64,000 nt of DNA from Lytechinus pictus (taxonomy: Eukaryota), in NCBI RefSeq assembly GCF_037042905.1, contig NC_087245.1, positions 23,996,001 through 24,060,000 on the forward strand. Direction: 5' to 3'. The notes below the pieces were generated by a model. That model saw nothing but the letters and a program-made list of their open reading frames with translations. It did not search any database and had not been told where the DNA came from. Both the position numbers and the translations under genes were made by a program. Below, in pieces: positions 13,529-24,684 of the stretch. How positions within the stretch are numbered: the stretch's first letter is position 1; every line of letters begins with the position of its first letter.

Positions 13529-13627
13529 CTACTCAGTCATTCCGCAGGGCCTGGGGTCGGTATCGAATCGAAAATTATTCTTCAACCATTCCTCAATAGG
13601 CTCTTCGTCCGTCATACTTGGTGGTCT
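13529..13627 (-). CDS. LRR receptor A, terminal coding exon (RPPSMTDEEPIEEWLKNNFRFDTDPRPCGMTE*)
   Basis: Strong acceptor TTTATTTTTTTATTTTATTTCTACGCAG, then 32 open codons in phase 0 ending in TAG. Confidence 0.72.
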   Translation of the reverse strand, partial: RPPSMTDEEPIEEWLKNNFRFDTDPRPCGMTE

Positions 13628-14500
13628 CTGCGTAGAAATAAAATAAAAAAATAAATTGTTTATGAATGAACAATGACAATTGTATAGAATAAGGCAATAG
13701 CCCGCTGAAAATTAATAATATAATATGGGATAAAGGATTAGTTTTTGTTGCTACCCCCCCCCCCCCCCCGTAATACATCAACGGCATTTTACGCGCTGAA
13801 CCAAATTTTGCCATAAGCAGAAAAAAAAAACACACAGTACAAGAGGGATTTGTAAATTTGGTATTCTTTAAAACTGAAAATACAAATTTACTACATCTTT
13901 CATTTTTATGGGTAATTGCATAAAGGAGGATTCTCTTATTTTGTATCTAATATCAACATCCTTCCTTACTGCTAGCTATTAAAATTCAATATGTTGTAAA
14001 ACTGACAATCTAAACTTCCACCAGGCCAAAAGTGAGGTGTCTCTCACATGTAATCAGAGCACCGCCCCTTCCTAAACAAAAGATAAATAGAATTAATTAA
14101 AAAAATTAATGAAATAAATACAATATATGAAATACAATAACAATTATATTTCCACATCAAAAGACCTTCAATTTTGCACTTTAGAATGCTTTTTTTATTA
14201 AATAAAAAGTCTTCTTAAAAAAATCTTCCCACTGAGATGAATCATTAATAGCCTGATTCCAATTACTTATCGAATACTTCAACTTGTTATCGGTTAATAG
14301 AATTACTCATTAATCCGTCAACTGCACACCTACAAACTTGAAGCGCTTCGTGATCATATAGAAGGTCTATTTGCCCTATGCCGACATTTCGTAAAAGACT
14401 TTGGATATCCTTAACGCGATAGTATAAGATAACCCACTTTACTTGATGGTGCATTGTATAGAATAAGGCAATAGCCCGCTGAAAATTAATAATAACCTAC

Positions 14501-14554
14501 CGGCTCTTGTCTTGGTTCATCGGGTAGAACAGTTGTATAGTTAATGACGTCAGC
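14501..14554 (-). CDS. LRR receptor A, 54-nt coding exon (ADVINYTTVLPDEPRQEP)
   Basis: Acceptor CTCTCGTTGTATCCTTCTATCAACAG, donor CCG|GTAGGT, 18 codons, phase 0/0, open in frame with the upstream exon. Confidence 0.75.
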
Positions 14555-15896
14555 CTGTTGATAGAAGGATACAACGAGAGATTAGTAAAAAAAAGATATC
14601 ATTTATAAATGATAAATTTGTTTTGACAACGCCATATTTCCAAATTCTCATTAATATTGATCCATTTAGATACGGGGGAGGAGGTACTATAAAAAATGTG
14701 AGTACACATTAAAAAGGTAAAATATTAGGGCGCGTAGCTGGGGGAATTCCAATATTTACTAGTAAAAACCCGCAGAATTCCACTTAAAATGTGAATGACA
14801 ACCTTCAATTTCGAAAATTACACAAAGAACCTCAATCAGGATATTGGTTCAGTCGCTTCACCCGATCGTTTGTATTTGTTATGTTCTTAACATTTCATTT
14901 TATGCCCCTATCCGTCATTAAAAAATGCTAGTGCACCGTCCATGCTAATGATTCGTGGACTTTCAAAATGGACTCTTGGTAACTGGTCATCCTTCTTTTT
15001 TTAGAGTACCCTTAAAAGTATTTTGTCATGATTTACCCATGCTAGATAAACACACACCCACACACAACCCACACGCGCACACACACTCAAAAGCCTCATA
15101 TATTCCATTTTCATGACAGGGTGAAAAGTACACCAATTTTTCCTGAATTTGGCAAATCTGACGGCCCTTTTATGTGGCTTCGTGCACGAACATGATGTTG
15201 GTGTACACCATGTAATGACAGCTCTCGCTGATGCAAGCCAATAGGAGGCTAGCACCGATCTGTCCAATCAAGACCGGTCAAAGTATTTGTTGGCCTTTTG
15301 GGAAAGCAAGGTGATTTACCCTTAATTCGACGGGATCTGACAAAGTCGATTTGATCAAAAGTTAAGTAAATTCATGACCGTGCATGCCCATCGGAAACAT
15401 TTCTGGCATATAAGGAGTACTATTGAGGTTTCTATAACATATATAAAGCATCTTGTCCCGTTCACAGAACAGACAGTAGCCTACTTTGTATTAATAACGT
15501 TATGTATAACAAGAAAACTGGGCACAGAAGCGCACCCCCCCCCCCGATCAGATAGAGTGTCCAAGTTGATTTGTTCTCTGAAATACCACGGTGTCCAATT
15601 CCCGTTTTAAATCGGAAGCTTCCTACGGATCAACTTGATCGATTCCTCTGCCCTGTATGATGAAAATACATGTATACAAAGTTCTACTCACTTCGGTTTT
15701 GTTTTGGAGAACTCCATCAGGTAGCACGCTAGAGTAGACTATATCATTCTGTAAAAAACCCCAAAACATTCATGAATATGTTATGGCGAAGTTCAGATAA
15801 TAAACAGAGATGACAAGGCTATTCTATTCATTCATTGGCTATAATTGATTGGTCAGGTCGAGTATGGTAAGGCAATCCATTTCAACCGGCTAAAGC

Positions 15897-16370
15897 CCCA
15901 GTCACATAACACGAATCCTCAAGGATCTACACGACAATGTCGGTATGATCCGGGAAGGTCGGGGATAGTTTTGCCCCGCAGTGAGACTGTACACACGGCG
16001 TCTACTTAAGGATCTACACAGGCCATGTCGGTCGTCTACACTACACACGGCGTCTACTTAAGGATCTACACAGGCCATGTCGGTCGTCTACACGGATCAT
16101 CAAGGCGTCAACACGAACTAACAGGGCAGCTACACGGACCAACACCGGGCAGCTACACGAATCAACCTGGCAGCTCCACGGACCACCCTGGATTGCTCTG
16201 CCAACACGGCAGTCCACGGATGACACCGGATGTTTTTGATCTCTCAACAACTGCCGTGTTGGTCTCCAGCATGTTCATGGACCTCAAGGATGTACAAGAC
16301 GTCTACACAGATATCTACCCGGACCATCCCAGATATGATCCGGTCTGTCTGGCGTCTATATGTGACTGGG
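15897..16370. mobile_element. MITE in the intron after the main exon of receptor A, with an internal exact 52-bp tandem duplication
   Basis: TIR CCCAGTCACATA / TATGTGACTGGG. Duplicated unit 15990-16041 = 16042-16093. Confidence 0.75.
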
Positions 16371-16607
16371 AAAGTGGATATATAACTTCTCTGTGATAAC
16401 GGCTCCCCATAATCTAATCCCCACGAAGCAACTGCTCCGGAAAATGTTTCTCAATCTCAGAGGAGAAAGGAAAAGCGAACCAAAAAGCCCCCCCCCCCCC
16501 GATACTGCTCTAAGACAACTCTCCAGTAGACGAATCCCAGTCACGGGAATTGCCCCAATACCAAAATTAGATATCCAATCAAAAGTATCGAAGGTGTTTG
16601 TACCAAC

Positions 16608-18293
16608 CTGAGTCAAGTCCTTCAAAGGCTCATCGATCACATCTACGTTGGACTGAGATGAGAAGCATGGGGGCATAGGATGATGAAGGGGATGACATTG
16701 GATATCACCGTCGAGTGAAATATAGTATGGACTATTCGCGCCATCACTCAGCCCAGGAGGTGGAGACGATGACAATGCTGCCTGTCCGCGACCACGGAAA
16801 ACATCGGGATTTAGAGGGTTTGGGGTTATTTGAATTCCAGTTTCGGAATCTTCAAGTTGTTTTCTTCCATAAAGTCGCTTCCTACAAAAGACAAAAGTCA
16901 TGATGACTACACTGACGAGAACAATAACCACTGCACTAACGATGACCACCATATATGTTGGAAATGCAGAAGTTACATCAGAAGGGACATGAATCTGCTC
17001 TTCCATTTCCATTTCGGGGGCGGATTGTGTAAGTGGCTCAAAGGCTATATGACTTTCTTCAGGACAAATGTCACTATGAAGAATGCTCAGGATAAATCTT
17101 CCTGCAAGCGCAGGAGGGGATGAACATCGGGCATGATTTGACTGACTTGGCAAATCCTCAAGGACATTGGTTGATGACGCCTTAGACCAGGCCAGAAATG
17201 GTGCCAGGGTACAGTCACATTGCAGTGGGTTGAGGGCTAGGTTGAATTTGGTTCCACTTTGTAATGCCTGAAATGAAACATTTCGCGCCGATGTTAAGAG
17301 ATTATTTTGCAGTTTAATTTCTCTGATATTATTGAGGTGCGAAAGCGCGTTCTCCGCAATGGAGTTGATTCTGTTGAAAGAAAGATCCAACATACGAAGG
17401 GAGCCCAGGAACTCGAATGATTGTTCTTGGATTACAATTATATTATTGTGATGGAGATAAAGGTGCGTTAGCCTATACAGACTCATGAAGTCACGGTCAG
17501 ATAAATGCGTGATATTGTTGTAGGAAAGATACAATTTTTCAATGTTAATGGCGTTTTGAAATATACCGGTTGGAACTTCTGTCAAGTTGGTATACTGGAG
17601 GTCCAACAGCGTGAGTCGGTCTAAACCTTTGAATGCCAACGGGTTCGGGTTAACGAGGGGATTTCTTTTCAGATACAGCTTGGTTAGGCGACTGAAATCC
17701 ATGAAACAGTTGTCTGGCAAATTTGAGATGTTGTTCTGTGAGAGATAAAGAGTCTCGAGGGAATTATCAGGACCGAACGCGTCACAAGGTGGTGTGTCTA
17801 GTCGATTGTCTTCAAGGGATAAGAACTTCAAATGTTGCAGATTCCCGAAGGCATCAGGTTGAATCTGCTGAACGCTGGCATTGTCCAGGAACATGTAAAG
17901 GACATTGGGCATTCCATCCAGCATACGTTGAGTCAATATCGGGAGGTGGTTTTGATTCAGATGAATCTTCTCCAACATAGAACATCCTTCGAAGGATCCT
18001 ACCTCAACCGTCATGTTGTTCCTCTCCAGGTACAGGTACTTGAGGCAGGTGAAGTTTCTGAATGAGCCTTGAGCCAACTTCGACACGCGATTGTCTTGCA
18101 GATGAAGGGTCTTTGCATGGATGCACTCTTGAGGAACGGACTCCAGATTGCGACCTTGACACTGGGCGTCTTTACCCCACTCGTAAAAGTCGCAGACGTC
18201 TGAACACTCTTGGACTACTGCTTCATATTCATCGAGGTAAACTAGCAGCACCAATGTTTTTATTAGCATTGAATGCTTTAGAGAGTCCACCAT
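16608..18293 (-). CDS. LRR transmembrane receptor A, main coding exon (signal peptide, LRRNT, 12 LRRs, LRRCT, stalk, TM helix, start of cytoplasmic tail)
   Basis: The translation shows a hydrophobic N-terminus, the cap CSDVC...AQC, 12 LxxLxLxxN-type repeats, an NPLQCDC...RC...C cap and the TM YMVVIVSAVVIVLVSVVIMTFVFC followed by RKR. An acceptor TTTTTTAAACAG lies 14 nt upstream of the ATG (exon starts 18307). A phase-0 donor CAG|GTTGGT sits at 16608/16607, and the ORF beyond it looks like intron read-through. Confidence 0.93.
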
Positions 18294-19550
18294 TTTGTGT
18301 TAGGAACCTGTTTAAAAAATAAAAATAAGATGCTATTAAAAATCCATTTGGTATACATATATTTCCACAAGTTGAGAGAAACTCCAAACTCATATAGAAT
18401 TAAACTTAAAAGGGCTCTCCAACCGAATATGCAGTTGAATTAGAATATGGACAAGCAAGGCAGTAGCAATTTGATCAAAATCGGATGAAATTTTTTACGG
18501 ATTTACAATTTTATGGAGAATCTCTCTATCATAATACGTTACAGCAAGTATGGTTTCACACATACCATAAGGAGGAAAATCACATCAAAAATTTGTGTAA
18601 TGACAGATTCGAATATTATAGTAATATCAGAGTAGAGGTGTAATTGTGGTATCTTGACCTTCCCATTGTATTGCTTGTAGCCAGTTTATTTATCTCCAAA
18701 GTGCTACAATTTCAATAAATCTTCAGTATGTTGTTATTTTTCATCTTGATTCTTTTTAAACGAAACCTTCATTCTTTTGCCTTTTCAATTTTCTTTTTCC
18801 AATCCGTTGGATAAACTTTACCCTTGAGTGTCGGGTATTTCATTAATATATCAAATACTCTTGATGTTGCCAGAAAACCAGTTAAGGCATATTTTCAATA
18901 CCTGGGGCATCAGGGCCCTGGGAACGATTTTTTTACAGGGGGTGTTGATGTCAATTTGACCAAAAGAAAAAGACAGTTTCACCGCAAAAAAAGATATTTG
19001 GTTGTCAGATGTATTTTGTGATTTTGTTTGGCTACAAAATAAAGATTATCAATATCAGTGGCGGAATGAGCCACACATGGACCCGAAGCTTTGAAAGCTG
19101 AGGAGGGTCTTTTTTTTCCCGAATGGTTTGGGTTTCGCAACTGCCCGACCCGACGCGACTACCCGATGTCATGACACGCGCCCATCTGATCGGCTAATAA
19201 CAAATTTAGTGGCGACAATATCTGACGAGATATGACAGCTCGCCTTTTCTCTTTTATTCTGAAAACCTTTTCTTTAATTTCATTATTTGAAAACAGAACA
19301 AACAACATATTGTGATTGGTTATCATATCGTGCCCAATCTATGTAGCTTGTTGCGCAATCAATAGTATCTGTAAACACTTTTAGATAAATACGTGTATTG
19401 CCCAATAGGTAGGAATAGGTTCTGAAATCATGCATGTTTGTCATAACATCCAACAGTCATCATACAATCACATTAGTAGAATATCATCTATAATACCGTC
19501 TTTCGTATTTTCACAAATTCGTCTAGAACATTAAAGTCCTTGTAACTCAA

Positions 19551-20460
19551 TTTGATTTTTGATTTGATTTGATTTTATTTTTATTTCAGCATTTTTCCAA
19601 CAGAAATAATTAACAAACATAATGTACAACATAAAGAAAAAAATAGTGATACATTTCTTTATACAAGAAAAAAATACAAATAATCATTCATTTGCTAAAA
19701 TGTATATAGATAGTATTAGTTTGCAATATTATAAGTTGTACTTTGTTGAGTAGACAAAAAAAAAAATGCTGGAGACCGCTACCATAAGCAGTGCTTGACT
19801 AGGGTAGCGGCCTCAAAACGTATTAGCGAAATAGACAAAAAAGAACGAAGTACAAATCAAGCATTGACTTAAATTAATTATAAACAGATATTATTAATAC
19901 GATATTTACATGCAAGAACCTTGTATGCCTGATATTATGTGCACATTTGACGTATTTGCATGTGTTTGTGCATGTGCAAACGTGTGCGCGTGTGCAAATG
20001 TATATTAAAAATTGTATGTGTATGTTAAGTGTGTGTGTGTGTGTGTTGAGAGTGGGTGTGCGTGTATGTGTGTCGGTATATGAGGGTGTGGGGGTAGTAT
20101 TAATTAGGAATTATTGAATGGTTCCAGGATACAGCTTGAAATGATAGAAAAGTTTGATACTATGACTTAACTTTTTTCATTTTCTGATGTAACAGTTTAT
20201 GAGATCAGATAGAAATTAAAAATTTTCCAAGAAAATTGAAAATTGACCAAGACCCGTAGAACTCTTTTTATATATATGCATAACTTATTCAGAATTGTAT
20301 TTGCGTGTCATAAATTTTTTAAAGGATGATTTGAATGAGTTAAGAGAGGGACATTGTTTTAAGTATTGTGGTAAGGAATTCCAGGTATCTGGTCCATGAT
20401 GGCGAACTGATTTTTGAGCAAGAATAAGTTTGGGATTGTGTAGATGATAATCAGAAGGAA
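19551..20460 (-). mobile_element. 3' fragment of an L2/Crack-clade LINE
   Basis: The minus frame at about 20285-20458 reads KSVRHHGPDTWNSLPQYLKQCPSLNSFKSSFKK. A 3' UTR follows, with a stem-loop near 19771-19814 and a (TCAAA)n-type tail near 19551-19580. Confidence 0.75.
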
Positions 20461-20581
20461 ACAGATCACCCGATCGAAATCACTTCACCTTTATTTTGAT
20501 TACCTTTACTATGCCTTACCTTTACTGTTACTATTATCGGTACAAGTATTATTTTTCCTATTAATATAAGTACTTGTATTA

Positions 20582-20767
20582 TACCGTTTTTTTTAGTAAC
20601 TCATGATTTTTGGTCCGGACCAGGCCCGCACTAAGAAAGTTCGCACCAAAAACGTTCAGTAACTGTAGCAGAGTCGCGCTACTTTTACGATGGCGCTGGT
20701 CTGGCGCGGATTAAAGCAGCACCTAACCTGGGCCTGGTCCGGACCAGCGAGTTACTGAGAGCGGTAT
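20582..20767. mobile_element. Short palindromic MITE
   Basis: TACCG...AGTAACTC...TGGTCCGGACCAGGCCC / GGGCCTGGTCCGGACCA...GAGTTACT...CGGTA. Confidence 0.7.
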
Positions 20768-21495
20768 CACTAACAACATTCTATCGCTTTACTTTTATCA
20801 CAATTATCATTACTATCAATAATTTTATTATTACTACTACTACTATTATTATTTATTTATTTATTATTATTATTAGTATCATTATTATAAACATTATGAT
20901 GATCAAATCATCATCATCGTGTTGAAAAACAATTCAGAATGTTAATATAAATCATACTTCATAATTATATTTATATCGTTTATATATACTGTATATTGTA
21001 AGATGTATCGTTGCCATAAATAAATTGTTTGTGAAAAGGGGTACTTTTTGTGAATAGGAAGTCTTGAGGTGAAAAGATACTTATTTACTCACAATCTATT
21101 TTAGGTACAAGATAGAATATGTACATGTAAAGAGAAGAAAAAATTGATCGCTTTACATCATTGGGATTCCCCCTCCAAGGTACCGCGTATGCAACACAAA
21201 ACATTTTGTAAACCGGTAACGGTGCGAAAGAGTAATACCTATTGTCCAAATGCATCAGTTCGAACAAAGACTGACCTCGACTCGGAAATCGATAATAGCT
21301 GCACTATTCAAATTTGATATCAAGAGGGAAAACAGTCTGTTGCAATTGACAAATTGTCCAAATTGCAATTGTCCAAATGAGAGTTTTTCATGTTTAGTGA
21401 GCTGGGTGCGGACCAAAGCACCCTTTTTTATTCGTTCATCGCTTTTCTAAATTTATATCAAATTTCCTAATTCTGGTAAAATTGTAAAGAAGAAT

Positions 21496-22049
21496 CCCGG
21501 GGGGCCACTAACATTGACGAGTGGATACCATGCGCGACCAAAAAACACGTAAAAAGGATGTCTTTTTCAAGATAGGGCACGTTACGTAACGTAATAAGGG
21601 TGTCCAAAACACTAAAATAATGAAAAAAGGGTATCTATTTCACTAGGAAAGCTACGTCTTTAGGGTCAAATTTACGAGGGTATAAAAAAATGTTTTATAA
21701 AGGATGTACTTTTTGCCCCAACAGTCAACACTACGTGTTTAGAGTACGATTTGCGCGAGGTGTGGTAGGTGGGGCCGTACGAAACCCAATGATGTAGGTA
21801 AAGGTAAAACCGACGACCGACGTCCGTGACATAACTATTTAAATACTTGTACTTGTTTAGGGGTTCAATTCAGGGAATACTCGCCAAGAGTATCGTTTCG
21901 TTTCCAATACTTGTTAAGGGTAGGGTTTCACACGCCATTACTTGTTAAGGGGTGCATTTTCAGAATATAGAAAATACTTGTTTAGGGTGCTTTTCGAGAC
22001 CCCATGGACGCGCATGGTATCCACTCGTCAATGGAAGTGGCCCCCCGGG
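21496..22049. mobile_element. MITE with TIRs of about 45 bp and an 8-bp TSD
   Basis: CCCGGGGGGCCACT...CATTGACGAGTGGATACCATGCGCG and its reverse complement. TSD AGAAGAAT at 21488-21495 and 22050-22057. Confidence 0.92.
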
Positions 22050-23145
22050 AGAAGAATCAATTCTTTTAGTTCATGTGTTTGTATTTATCTAATATTTTTA
22101 ATGTAGGTGATTAATTATCTAAAACATGCTACAAAATTATTATTTTCACCTGACAAAATTGTTCTCTTTATACTTTATTTTTGTTTGAGCCCAAATTATT
22201 TTTAGACCATGATAGAGTTGAATATGTAGGCTTTCAAAAAGTCTTGGTTTCAAAATAATAATTGGTTTAATCGGGTCAAGATCGCATTTTCATTGGCCAT
22301 GTATATTAAGCATCTTGAAAACAAGAATACTACACTCTGATTGGCCCCAAAAGACCACACATCCAACCAGATTCCAACGGCTGCGGCTTGGGCCCCTCCA
22401 AAGTCATCCCCATGCGGGAATCTCCTCAAAATTACCCGCGCCTATTAGTTTGAAACCTACCCGCGCCTATTAGTTTGAAACCTACCCGCGCCAATTTCAC
22501 GCAACAGTTATATGGAAAAAAATACTGATATGCAAACGAAAACTGATGTTACTGACTGAATATTTTTTGTTGTATTTTGATACTGAACATGTAATACCGT
22601 ATTTGCTAAAGTTGTCTAGATTTTGATAATAAAGGAGCTCATGATTCAATCGTAGTTATGATTGCAATTCCCTTAACATGATCAATCAATGGTTTACATT
22701 AAAAGAGCTAAAGATTTAAAAATTATGATTTTCATACTTTCAAACAATGATGTAGAACAGGAATGAGAGTGTGTGACGTGACTTGTAGACTGTAGTTCCC
22801 TCATAAAGATTTTCTTTTTTTCAATTTATTTTGTGTCGTACATAACCATTTAGAGAAGCCTCAAGTCAAAACTAGTTTATTTGATATCTAGTTTTGATGA
22901 AAACTTCAGCATGTTTCCTTTTTAATTTCATTTCAATTTTAAGCATAATAGATGTTGCACAAAGTTTTCCTTTACAGTCCGAAAGCTTGCAAGGACCTGA
23001 CTTGACATTCATTGCAAAAAGCATATGTGAGCAAGAAAGATTCAGAATTAGGACTGTTGCATATACCCCGCTTCTACAGTTCACGGGAAAGGGGCGTCCA
23101 TAAATATGAGTCATGCACCTATTTCATAAAATATTCAAATTCATA

Positions 23146-23396
23146 CACGGCAAAAACTCTGGTGTTGATTTAACACCAGCCCGGAATCTATATATGTCCA
23201 CACCAGAGAAGTGTGTTAAACAACACCATTTTCGTTTTGGTTTAACACGAGATAGATGTTTATACAACACCAATTAGTATTAAAACAGCATCGGTTTGAT
23301 TCCAAACTGGATTTTGTTTCAATACTGTTCTGGTGTGGATCGGACATAATATAGATTCCGGGCTGGTGTTAAATCAACACTGGAGTTTTTGCAGTG
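23146..23396. mobile_element. MITE with CAC...GTG termini and TA flanks
   Basis: TIR of about 45 bp, GCAAAAACTC.GGTGTTGATTTAACACCAGCCCGGAATCTA, and its reverse complement. Confidence 0.88.
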
Positions 23397-23530
23397 TATT
23401 GGCATGATGGAGATGATTTGTTAACATATTAAGAGAGAGAGAGTCAAATGAACTGCGCAATACGTCGTATACCCGTGTTGGTTTAAAAGTGTTAAGATGA
23501 AATAAAAAGCCTCCTTGAGACATCACTTAC

Positions 23531-23713
23531 CCTGATGCGGTATAACGAGAGGAATGATGCTTGATGAGAAAGCGAGCAAACCGCAGATGAGACCCACTCT
23601 TCGGATAACAAGGGTGCATTGCAAAGTGTCATCCACACGAACATTGCGTTATTATTCCATTCGACCAGTCGCCCTGGCAGCAATTGAACTGAGGACGGGG
23701 TTTCCCCGATGAC
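23531..23713 (-). other. Candidate 5' non-coding exon of LRR receptor A
   Basis: GC-richer 183-nt block bounded by acceptor CATAATCTATTTCAG and donor AGG|GTAAGT. It lies on the same strand, upstream of the acceptor at 18308. Confidence 0.45.
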
Positions 23714-24684
23714 CTGAAATAGATTATGAAACGCGTGGGTTGCTATTTACTTTCAAATTGTATAGGCATACTATTTCAATGTTATACTATTTTGACACTA
23801 CATCATGTATCTTGACGGAAGGGGTTAAAAATGCGGTGAAATGGTAATGAAAATGAAAGGTAAAGATACAAATACCCCGATACCCATAGGCTCTTTCAGA
23901 CTCGATCACATTGCTCATCTACGACAAAATACAATTTATTTTAGAAAATAGATTGATTGTAGCTTTATTTCCATTTTTTTTTCATTACAGGGGGCTGAGG
24001 TGTCCATCCCCTATAATAACAGTAAAAGAAGGTGGGGAAGAGATGAAAAATTACGAAAACAAAAGCAATGGAGAAAAGAAAGAGGTACATTAAAAAAGAG
24101 AGATATTGCTCGTATATTATACGTCGGTAATTCAATCTATTGCACCCCAATCAAAATATTCTGACACAGCCCCTGTGTATTATCATGGACCTACTACTTT
24201 GTAGTAGGTCCATGGTATTAGGAAGAGGCAGAGCCAATCTTAAAGGTTTTATCATTACCTTTCATTTTCATTGCACCAATGAGCGAGCTGCTTTTTATTT
24301 TTCATTCAGACCTGGAGGGGAGACATTCTAGGCAATTTTTGTTATGAAAAGAATGCACATCTACTAAAAAAGAAGAAGAAAATTCAAGTGCGAAGCGCAA
24401 ACTAAGGTTTTTTATATAGGCCTACTGACCTGACTTTATGACTATTCGTAGGAATTAGTGAACAGGATACAAATGTAAAAAAATAAAATTACATGCAGCT
24501 TATGCAGTTTACTAAATGAATAGAGGTCTATAAAAGTAATAAAAATAATGATACAAGTGCGAAGCGCAAACTTAAAAAGTTTTTATATTATGGTGGTGTG
24601 ACCTTAATCCGAACGTTACATTATTTTGCGCAATGCGCATGCATGGTCTCAATATAAAAATCAATAACTTGAAAATGTTGTTAC

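Noticed and set aside
16025..16396. 123-aa plus-strand ORF
   Set aside because: It lies almost entirely inside a MITE with a 52-bp duplication.
16356..16607. C-terminal 83 aa of the 645-aa ORF
   Set aside because: It follows a good donor (CAG|GTTGGT), includes a poly-G run and ends in a MITE TIR. It is best read as intron read-through.
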